A DNA stretch of 64,000 nt from the human T2T-CHM13v2.0 reference genome, Homo sapiens. The notes beneath the pieces were generated by a model that worked only from the letters and a program-made list of their open reading frames with translations, was not told the DNA's origin and ran no database searches. Positions 11,431-21,610 of this stretch are shown here, in pieces (position 1 is the first letter of the stretch; every line of letters begins with the position of its first letter). A program made the position numbers and the translations under genes. Location of the stretch: positions 33,568,001-33,632,000 of the forward strand of contig CP068257.2 of assembly GCA_009914755.4 (NCBI GenBank). The letters run 5' to 3'.

Positions 11431-13810
11431 CTTCCAACATGGAACATACAGATGAAATTCAAAAGGGGCTGGACAATGGTAGAGAGTGACTTGGTATAGG
11501 AGCTACATTCAATAGTACGGCCAGCTAGGGCTTCTTTAGGAGACACTGTTTGTGTTCAAGTTTGAATGATAAAATCAGCAAAGCACAGAGCTGGGATTGA
11601 GAGGGTGGAATATTCCAAGATAGGGAAAGATGATGAGCTTGGTGTACACTGTACAGTAAATATAGCAGTCCTGAGACTGCTAGCCTGATGAACACCTACT
11701 TGCAAGGTTGGTCCCTGGTTCACATCTGAAAATTGGGATTTCAGTAATGTTTCCACCACTAGAGAGTGGCTTAATTAATTGATAAGCTTTAACTAATTGA
11801 TAAAGTTGGTTTACCATACCTGAAGTGTTTATAAACACAATGGGACTTATGCTGAACACCTGCTTTTCTTGGAGAGTCTGGAATGTTGGTGTGTGTTAGG
11901 GGAAGAGTGCCTATGTGATAAGCCCCAAATAAAAACTCTGGATACTGAATCTCTAACAAGCTTCCCTGGTAGACAACATGTGTCACAATTCAATGCTAAA
12001 GGAATTAAGCATGTCCTGTACGACTGCGCTGGGAGAGAGGACTCATAGAAGCTGGTTTCTTGTTTCCTCTGGACTTGAACTCATGTGCCTTTTCACTTTG
12101 ATCATCTCCTTTGGTATCTTTTCATTATAATACACTGTAGCTGTGAATATGACCATATGCTGAGTCCTGTAAGTCTTTCTAGTGAGTCATTGAATCTGAG
12201 AATGGCTGTGGGGATCCCTAACACATCGTGCATACTTACTTCGTGTAATTCATGTCATATATTTGAAGAAAGGGGTTAGTATGAACAAAAGAGTTGGGTT
12301 TAGTGCTAAAGACAGACAAAAACAAGGGATGTGTTTTGCAGGAAAGACCAGCTTAAGAGAATCAACACCAATAAGGCTGCATGGTAATAAAACCTTTGGC
12401 AGGTTTCATTCAACTGCTTTGACTCTTTTTTGGTCCTTTTATGGTTTTCTCATCATACCATTCTTTCTAAGTAACTCCAAGACTTTAGGCATTTAAGTTA
12501 TTCCTGGATATTGGCCTAAGCCTTTATCTTCTTAAAATGGTTCTTCCACGTTTACAACCATTACAATTCACCAAACATAAATTAACTGTCTTTGAGACTC
12601 CTCAAGATTACATTACTCCATCATTCAATGAATAGTTATTGAGTACAGATATTTTATTGCAACCCTAAGTACTAAGGTAGCCATTGCTGATTCAAAGATG
12701 ACTAAGACAAATCCATCTCTATTCTCAAGGAACTTGCTCAAGGGAAGAAAAGTGCCAAAGAAAAACAGGCAAAAGGGCTTTGTTCGGATGGCAGTTTTGC
12801 AATTGCATATAAGTTTTCAGGGCCTTCTGGCCATCCAAAGCCACATGTCCTATGCCACAGCCATGCTCCCAACAGGTGAACATAGAAAACTGTAGGTGAG
12901 TCAGCATATGGAAAATGCAGGGGATTCCTGAAATAGTACTGAGTCATTAATCACTGATATCCTGGCTCAGTTCACGAAGCAACTGGGAGTAAATAAGCAA
13001 AGAAAGTGAACTAATGCTTAGAAGATGGAAATACCCCTGGGGACATTTGTTGAGTCAGTATAAGAACGTGGAAAACTTCAACAGTCATAGATTCAAATGG
13101 AATGAAATAAGAGGAGAAGAACATTCCCCAACAGCTTGATCTCTCATCAAAAATTGCTGGCAAGCACCACTCTTCTGAATTCTCTACTTTGGGAATTGGA
13201 GGAAGGAAGAAAAGAAAGGAATAAAATGTTGTTCTGATCTCAGCGGATTCTAAATTTATGTGATGTGACAACACATAGTACACAAACACATAGCTAGTGT
13301 TTGATGTGTGATGTTGAATTGACTTATACAAGGCAAATTATAATACAAAGGAAAAATAACATAGAAGAAAACAACCTGGAGAAACTGATGGGAGGGAAGA
13401 TAGGCTTTGGAAGGGGTAAATTAATTAACTCAAAATAAGATAGTTTAAAAAAACAAACAAACTACAAATGGGGATTCATATGTACGGGTTGTTTCAAAAT
13501 ATTGAGTCTTGCCAAAGTTGCCTTGAGAGAAAAGTGAAAGTGACACTAGATATTGATATGTTTGGTTTAGTGGTACTTCCCACTAAATTTGGAGCTTCTC
13601 AAATATTATAAAGTGAATTTCTGATAGCCAGTTGCTTCACTGATTTCCATTGCAAAATCAAGGATGTGTTTTTTTCTTTTTTTAGGAAACAAAGATTTCA
13701 CTTACATGTAAAAGATATATTTAAGAACATAGTAAACTTCTAAAAGCACAGCTTAAAGAAAAAGAACCACCCACAACAAAACACTTTTTTCAAAATATCA
13801 ACAGTCATAG

Positions 13811-13811
<1 letters not shown>

Positions 13812-13846
<35 letters not shown>
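13812..13846. repeat. (CA)n microsatellite, about 17 units
   Basis: Uninterrupted cacaca... run ending in catatg. Confidence 0.9.
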
Positions 13847-13849
<3 letters not shown>

Positions 13850-14654
13850 GTATCATACAAATGTTGAATTGGTTTACAGTTGTTTGTACATTTCAGCTAA
13901 AGACCTAAATGTAGAAAATTGACCAAGTCATTTCATGAAACTCAGTGACCTTCATGTTCAGCATGGTACTTTCCCATTTTTTCTACTTTCTTCACTTAAG
14001 AACTTATTCCTACATATCTCTTTTAGCACATGTACACATTTCAGCATCCCTGATGTGAAGAGAGAGGGTCGAACACCCCAAGGACTGTGAAACTAACAAT
14101 CATTGACTGCATCCTCCTATTCAGTATTGTGCTAAGCACTAGACGGTCTGATGACATTTAATTCATAAATGCAGTGCACAATGGGTGTTCTTATTCTCAT
14201 GTTACAGTAAAGGCTGAAATGTCCATACTCTCTTTTGCTCCAAACAACAGGCTCTGAGAAGGCTCATCCACCGATAATGCCACATGCAAGGCTCGTCCCA
14301 TCAGCATTTGCCAGTCCAGTCCAGGGCGGGCTGCCAGGCCTGCCATTGTCTAGGGCTATTGGATCTCAGTGTTTGGGAGGACGCTTCATCCAGCCACACC
14401 AAATGCATGACTTTGAGGGACACCACCCCTCTTCAAAAACTGGAAGCAACTCAGCAACCTAACCAGCAATTTCACACAAACCAGGTCAGGGAGATGATAG
14501 CTTGTCCATGGGTTTACTTATGAAAGCTGCTCAGCAAATTTATTGTAGCTGGGTAGTAATGCAGGTTTGGTGACTCTTCAATGCCACATCTGCCCCTAAA
14601 GGAGTTCCAGGAATTCTGATGGAAATTCACTGAGTTTTACTTCTGTGCACATTC

Positions 14655-14800
14655 TGTCACCCAGGCTGGAGTGCAGTGATGAAATCAAAGCTTACTGTAG
14701 CCTCAACTTCCGAGGTTCAAGCAATCATCCTGGCTCAACCTTCTGAGTAGTTGGGACTATAGGTGCATGCCACTATGCCAAAATAATTTTTTAATTTTTT
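14655..14800 (-). mobile_element. Alu fragment (partial arm)
   Basis: tgtcacccaggctggagtgcagtgatgaaatcaaagcttactgtagcctcaacttccgaggttcaagcaatcatcctggctcaaccttctgagtagttgggactataggtgcatgccactatgcc, a diverged older Alu in reverse complement. Confidence 0.7.
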
Positions 14801-15088
14801 TGCAGATATGGGGTCTCACTGTGTTGCCCAGATTGGAGTGCAGTGCCACGATCATAGCTCACTGCAGCACTGACCTCCAGGGCTCAAGCAATCCTTTTGC
14901 CTCAGCTTCTGAGTAGCTGGGACTACAGCTGTGCACCACCATGCCTTCTAACATTTTTAATATTTTTTGTAGAGGTGGGGTCTAATTATGTTGCCCAGAT
15001 TCATCTCAAACTTCTGGGTTTAAGCGATCCTCCTGCCTCAGCCTCCCCAAGGGCTGGGATTACAGATTTGAACCACCATACCCAGCCC
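14801..15088 (-). mobile_element. Alu SINE (older, AluJ/S-like), adjacent to the preceding fragment
   Basis: gatatggggtctcactgtgttgcccagattggagtgcagtgccacgatcatagctcactgcagc...ctgagtagctgggactacag...ttttgtagaggtggggtc...cctcctgcctcagcctccccaagggctgggattacagatttgaaccaccatacccagccc. Confidence 0.8.
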
Positions 15089-15829
15089 TTTACAGGTTCT
15101 TTAGCTTCTCCTGTGGATGCCAGTCCACAGGGACAGAATGCAGTACTCAAAGCTGAGAAGACAAGTTTTGCGCTTGCACAGGATTCCCCGTTAAAGCAAA
15201 TAACAATAATGTGAAGTGAAATGCTGTCTTTCAAAAAGTTATTTGCTCTTCACAGATTTTTTTTTCAGTGAATCCTTCCCATTTCTTTTACATAAGACAT
15301 TTCCCAAGTCTCATCACCTTTCTTAGGCCACAGGTAATTCAGAAAGCTATAGATTTAATAATTAATAGGATTCTACCAGACCATTTCTTTCCTTACATTT
15401 TCAATCAATCAGTCATTAGCTATTGAGCATCTATGATATCTTTCACCCTCCTTGGAATAAAAGCATTATTTTTTAAAAGTTTTCTTGGCTTCACTGACGC
15501 ATGTTCCTATCCTTTCTCCATGAATAACACTTGTTTGCTCAAGCCAGACACCTGAGGGAATCCTACCTGCCCACTCTCCCTATGTCCCCTCCAATCTGCC
15601 ATCCAGTTCTGCCAGCTGTTCCCAGTTCTCTCACTCTCTGGGTCTGGCCCTCATGCAGCTAGCTCAAATCATTGAAAGGACTCCATGACGGTCCACCGTG
15701 AACAATGCCTCTAGAACAGGAAAATATGATCACATCTTCCCTTGCTTAGGATTTTTCAAGTTTCTTCTGACCAAAGAATGAGCTCACCTTTCTTGCCTGC
15801 CGGAGGAGGCTATGCAGTCATTTATTCAG

Positions 15830-15965
15830 TTCAACCTGTTTTTATTGAGCACTTACTGTGTGCCAGGCATTGATTTAGGTGCTAAGGAAATAGCAGTGAA
15901 CAGAATCCCTGTTCTGGTAGAGCTTCCATTCTACTGAGAGGAGACAGATAATAAACAAAATAACT
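15830..15965 (-). mobile_element. MIR/L2-related ancient repeat fragment
   Basis: tttattgagcacttactgtgtgccaggcattg...cagtgaacagaatccctgttctggtagagcttccattctactgagaggagacagataataaac is the widespread mammalian motif shared by L2/MIR 3' ends, in reverse complement. Confidence 0.4.
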
Positions 15966-16045
15966 CATGCATGTGTGTGTGTTTGTATGACATGCACACA
16001 CATGTATATGTACATTTGTATACATACATGTATATTTATACTTAT
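15960..16045. repeat. Low-complexity (CA/TG/TA-rich) tract
   Basis: catgcatgtgtgtgtgtttgtatgacatgcacacacatgtatatgtacatttgtatacatacatgtatatttatac. Confidence 0.5.
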
Positions 16046-16649
16046 TTTTAGAAGGTGACTTGTGTACAAGGTGACAAAGAAAAACAAAGCAGGGCAGGAT
16101 TCTAGGGAATGCTGGAGGAGGGGTTCATTTTACATAGGGTAGTCAGGGAAGAAATCAGTAAGAAAGTGACATTCTGACAAAGATGTGAGTTAGTCCCTGC
16201 TTGTTTGTGCAACATCTTTTTTTACCGCCTCTCTGCCTTGCATATTCTGTTTCACAATATTGAACTCTTAGCTGTCTCAAACCTACCAGTCCTTCAGCCT
16301 CCAGGCCTCTGCACGCATGGTTGATTGGCCCCAGGTTGCCTGTTCTCTGCAAAGGTGGACTCTTAGTTGTCTTTTTTGTCTCTGCCCCTCTTCTCTTCCT
16401 GGGATTCTCTAGGCAGGCTCAAGACCCTCCCTCTGGGCTTTGACTTTGCCTGGAACAAACCTGCTAGAGTGACTATCAACTCATATCATAGTTCTTCTCT
16501 TTCCCTCTCTAAATACCTATATGCAGACATAGACATGTCCATATGTAACATATAACACATGTTATTCACTGAGTTTTTACTGGGGTAAGTATATTTTTAA
16601 AATACATGTGTATATGTTCTGTATTCTCCATTACTTTTTGAAACAACCT

Positions 16650-16760
16650 AATAAGGTAGAATTATCCCCATTTCACAAGTGAGAAAATTCACTTACCCAA
16701 TCCCTTTCCACTAATGGGGCTGGGCTTGAGCTGAAAGTTATCTGACACCACAGCCTTGGT
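16650..16760 (-). mobile_element. MIR SINE fragment
   Basis: tatccccatttcacaagtgagaaaattcacttacccaatcc...ggggctgggcttgagctgaaag compared with MIR reverse complement tatccccattttacagatgaggaaactgagg...ggcagagccgggattcgaacc. Confidence 0.45.
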
Positions 16761-16999
16761 CTGCCCACAATGCCCATAGCTTTCTCCCCAGAGCCTAAGC
16801 TCCCTTAGAGTACATTCTATAGCTTTGAGTTTTTGTGTCTTGCACCTAGCACAGTGTTCAGTACAGAGTAATTGCTCCCTAAATATTTATTGAACAAATA
16901 CATTTTAATACTATTCATTCATTCATTATTAATGATGTGCAAAATTTCTATGTCTAGCTTCCTAAGTGTGTCTCCATAGGCCCAATCTTTCAATAGCAA

Positions 17000-17245
17000 T
17001 AATAGCAATATTTTCATAGCACTTACCATGTACCAGGTACTGTTATAAGTACAAATATCAACTTTTTTGATCCTCACAACCCAATGAGGTAGGTACCACT
17101 TTTTTCTCCATTTTACAGAGGGAAAAACCAAGGCTTCAAGTAGTTAGTTCAATTTTTGAAGCTCACACAGCTAGCAAGTGACAGAACTGGGGTTTGAACT
17201 CAGGTGTCTTGGCTCCAGAGAGCCTCTGTTCCCCAAGACTGCATG
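17000..17245 (-). mobile_element. MIR SINE, near full length
   Basis: gcacttaccatgtaccaggtactgtt...ttgatcctcacaacccaatgaggtaggtaccactttttt.tccattttacagagggaaaaaccaaggcttcaagtagttagtt...gctcacacagctagcaagtgacagaactggggtttgaactcaggtgtcttggctccagag is collinear with the MIR reverse-complement consensus. Confidence 0.65.
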
Positions 17246-19689
17246 ACACTGCCTTCCTCAACCCTTCAGACTCAGGTTCCAGGCCCAGTGAATGATGTTC
17301 AGTGATGACTATGAACTGTTTTCTACCACTAAAAAGAGACATAATCAAGAACATCTACTTTGTATTGCTTAGTAGAGAAAAGCAACCTCTTAAATCCAGT
17401 ACTCTTAGTGACTAAGCTAATATTCAGAGGAAATTTGGCAACCTCCTTCTAACATACTGAAGGCAAAGGGTAATAAAAACATAAAAGGAAAAGTATCCAA
17501 AAAGAAAGTAGATAACTAGGTGTTTGAGAAAAACAAAAATAAAGAAGTTTTTGTTGTTGTTGTTTGTTTTTTTTAGATCAAGAAAATATTGGGAAACTGC
17601 TACTGAAAGAGGATTGATGTTGGCATAAAGGGAGAGATCTTCTGTATCTCAAAGGAAATTTGCCTTTTAATCCAAAGTCAAGAAAGCCCATAAACTTACC
17701 CTAGAATCAAGAAGGAATCAACTAAATTATATCAGAATTCTTAGATCCGAAGAAGGTCATTTTCAGTAAGTGGATACTTGCAGGCTTAAATGAAATGTGA
17801 AAAATTTTGAAGGAAAATGTGATCAGGAAGTCAAAGTAAGCTTTTGACACTGCCTGCCACTCCCCACTCCCCACAGACACCCTCCCCTCGAAAAGAAAAG
17901 GAATAATTTTTTCCACTGCTTCATGAAGGGGACAAAGTCCTTTGCGACTTCTTTGCCTTAGAATACTATTAATCTTTTGTTGTTGTGTTCCTTTAGAATA
18001 CTATTAATCTTATAAAACTGTGCCTCTGACCACAGGGTGGATTCCAGCATTAAACTACCAATGCTTTACAGAGAATCGTGAGAAACACTCAGGGAAGAGG
18101 TAATTCTACTCAAGGGTCATCCTTTTTCCTTGCCAATTTTTTTTTTCTTTATCAGCATTTGAAAGAAAACCAGATATTTTCTTTCCTGAAAGTTGATGAC
18201 TTCAGGTGGGGAACAAGCATCTGTGGCAGATGGACTCTTGAAACGCAGTGAAATATCCTGTCTTCCTATAAATGTTTATGGGAGCAGGAGAACTGAAGAA
18301 GAAAAACACAGCAAAATGTTGCATGACTCACAGTCCGAACTGCTTCTAAATAAAGCATTTCTCAGAGTTTCCCATGAGGTGATTTGAGTGATCAGGCAGC
18401 AGGGTCCCTGTGAGTGGAGCAAGCACATTTTTAAAATACAAAAAGGTATATCCAACAGTCACTCAGGAGAATCGTTCTGTTGTTTTCGATGTTTAAGAAA
18501 ATGTATGTCTAAGATGAGAGTATCAGATCATGTATATCATGTCCTGTTCCATATGTGGCCAGAGCGTCCCAGCAGTTCTTGGCTCGGCCACTTTGCAGAT
18601 GATGATCAGCAGGACGTTTCATATTGACTCACAGACTTTCCTCTAATAGAGCATCTCCAAGTGATGATAATTAAGTTTAATTTTAGATCGTGTGTGCTGG
18701 ACCTGGGAATGTTTTTAAAGTGGTAGCAAGCTCCATTGACTTTGGCAGTTGAGTTTTGAAAGGAAGGTCTTATGTCTTAGACTACCTCCATACTGTTCAG
18801 TCCCTTTATACTCCAGAAAATTATGAATTTGGAATCAACTGGGGAGAAATCCTTCGTCAGACTACTGTGCAAACGGTAGACACTCCTGCCCTTGACTGTC
18901 AGCCTCGCAGATGGAAACGTGGCCACCCTTCTTCATATTCAAGGCTCTCTGACTAGAAAGTCAGAAAGTGGCTACAGCCCTTCCAGCCAAGCTAGAGGAG
19001 TGGAAAAGTAAAGTCTAGAGGGCTTGAGCTTGTCAGGAACCACGGTTAGAACAATTCCTAGATTCTCTATGCAGCTTACCAGTGACGGTCTTCTATGACC
19101 TCATAACAGATTGGCAAAATTACATTAGGTGACTCAACCATTTCTGGGTACTGGTATTGAGTAGCGGTATAAAGACGAAATGATTGTATCAGGGAATAAT
19201 TACTACCTAGAACGTGTTCAACTCTCTATATGTGCAGCAGACATGTGGTCAAATGAGCTGACTTGTTCTGGGTCATCAGATTTAAAAACTACAGGATACC
19301 CACTTAAATATAAATTTTAGATAAACATGAATACATTTTTAGCATACATGTACTCCATGTAATATTTTATCATTCATTGTTTACCTGAACATTAAACAAA
19401 ATTAGTTGCTTCTCCGAAATTTCAATTTAACTGGACATCTGTATTTTAAATGGCAAGCTTCTAAGATGCACGAGCTTTTCTGAGCTACTATTTTATCAAA
19501 ACACATTCTGAATGTTTTCCTGCAAGAACTGGGGAATCTAGAGAAAATGCATCAAAAATAATTTAACATTAGCAAGAAAACGGCCACTTTGGAAGGGCTT
19601 GTCTCAGTCACTGACACATACTGTAAACCTGTACCCCCGGAAAACCAGCAGGAGAGAAAAGTAAAAGCAACATGATGGTTGAGTGGATC

Positions 19690-20110
19690 CTATTGTGACC
19701 TAACACTTCCACCCAGACAGAATCCGAGTTCCCTGCCCGTAATTTTGAGCTTCAGGTTCCAGTTTCCTCTTTTTCTTTACTAGGTTTCGCTGCCTCCTGT
19801 AGGGGGAAATAAGGGAAAAGAGATAACGAAAGAAAGAAAGAAAAAAAAAAGGGCCGGCAATTTCATGTACATTTGTTTTGGCATTCGCTGAATTCTAGAG
19901 ATGAAAACAATCTCCTGCTTTTAATTCAGTCCACGTGCAACAAAGTTGTACGTTGGGAGATCTGGCTTTTAATAAGAACGATTAACAAGCGTTTTTGATC
20001 ACAGGAAGTTGAGAAGAGTCGCTGCTTCTAAGAATACAATAAACATTGACTAGCAGTTAGACGGTCCATCTTTCTCTATCAGCCGTTTAGCAGCCTCTAC
20101 TTTGATTTGG
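19690..20110. promoter_or_regulatory. Candidate constrained or unmethylated non-coding element (CpG-retaining, low-GC, repeat-free block)
   Basis: About 14 CpGs in about 420 bp of roughly 42% GC. Observed/expected CpG is about 0.75, against about 0.2-0.25 for bulk human DNA. No similarity to repeat families. Contains E-box cacgtg and homeodomain-like taat motifs. This is inference only. Confidence 0.3.
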
Positions 20111-20449
20111 GGCAAATGCGAGATGGGACCAGGAGAGAGCTCCCCACACCCCCACCACCACGTGGGCAGTGGTTCTGTTCCAGAGCGCCTTCCTTCCTGT
20201 CCAGGGAGGCAGGCTGCTGAGGCCGTTTCTGGGCAAGAGGCCATTGTCGGGATATTTGCTTTAGATAGCTTGCAGCTGGGCTGAGTGGGTGTTTCATTCA
20301 GACTCAACACAGGCAGCTCCCACCGTCTCTACTGTTTCAGGCTAGTGGAAGCTAGGGGCCTTTTGATTTATAAAGAGCTCTCTGTGCCTCCAGTTACATT
20401 TTAGGAAGCAAAGCCGTGATAAATGAAGCTCTGGCTGCTGATCTCCTGG

Positions 20450-20451
<2 letters not shown>

Positions 20452-20500
<49 letters not shown>
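20452..20500. repeat. (CA)24 microsatellite
   Basis: 49 bp of uninterrupted acacac. Confidence 0.95.
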
Positions 20501-20503
<3 letters not shown>

Positions 20504-21390
20504 CCTACACACCTTTTCCCCTGTAGCACAGAGGCTTTCACCACCAGGAGATTTAACCCTGGCCTAGGGTAGCCACGTGGGCATCCGTGTTCATCCGACA
20601 TCCTCTTACATCAGAGCTTGCCCTGAATAGGGCAAAATCAAAGTGTGGAGCTTGTTGGTTTTTTATGTGGTATAGATATTCTTATATTTATCACATTTCC
20701 AATTTGAGGTCATCGACCACCATGGAAGGAACTGTGCTGGCATTTCTGGGCAAAGCCTAAAGTTGATTCTTCTTTTCCTACAGACAATTGTTTTCATGTG
20801 TGCTGGGAATGAATGCATTCTGAGGATGAGGGGTGGGGAATTCTACACGCAGGGAACTCAGGAGTCTTATTTTCTTTATTTTCTTATCCTGAGCTACAAA
20901 TGACTGCTTAATTGGGAGAGACTACAATTACAAGAGTTCACTGAGGGAAGCATGAAAACAAAGTGAACCAGAAAAATAGAAACCCAGACTTCTCAGTTCC
21001 TGTTTATCCTATTTTTAATCTCCACATCTCAGTTGCTCTCTTTCTTGCTTCTTTTGCCTTGCTGGAATTCATACACACACCTGGCTTTCCATTTGCCTTG
21101 GGGACAGTGAGGAGGTGGAGCCCAAGAGTGGGAGGGCCCTGCTGCCTGCCGGTGGGGAGAGCTGGTGTCCGCTGGAAGAGGCAGACCTACAGAAAGCTCG
21201 GCCGTGTCTAACTCAAAGGTGTTGGCAGCACATGAATGATGACTTCTCCTCTCTTAACTGCCTGGGCTAGGAGACTTTCGCATGTCCGGACAAGTGGGAA
21301 GAAGGAAGGTCGGGGAGGAGGTGACCATGAGATTGTGGACGAATGTTCAGACTGACCAAGGCCTGAAGAGGTCTGAACGCCTGTGTTCTT

Positions 21391-21610
21391 CAGCCCTCCT
21401 CCCCCTCCTCTCTCTGTGTCTCTGACTCTCTTCTCTCCCCTCCCCTCCCTCTGTCTCCTTCCTTCCTTCCTTTCTTTCCTTCCTTCCTCCCTCCTCCTCC
21501 TTCCTTCCTTCCCTCTTTCCCTTTCTCCCTCCCTCCTTCCTTCCTTCCTTCCCCTCCCTTCCTCCTTCCCTCCCTTCCTTCCTTCTGTCCTTCTTTCCTT
21601 CCTTCCTTCC
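21391..21610. repeat. About 220 bp polypyrimidine (plus-strand) / polypurine tract, (TTCC)n/(CTT)n-type; GGAA-type microsatellite on the minus strand
   Basis: Near-pure C/T: ccctcctccccctcctctctctgtgtctctgactctcttctctcccctcccctccctctgtctccttccttccttcctttctttccttccttcc.... The track ORFs at 21208-21661 are translations of this tract. Confidence 0.9.

Noticed and set aside
18193-18627. Two same-frame ORFs (64 aa plus 79 aa) separated by one stop, about 145 codons in total
   Set aside because: No recognisable domain. The second ORF starts at GTG (an ORF-caller artefact). There is no splice or promoter context. Open stretches of this size are expected by chance several times in 64 kb.}
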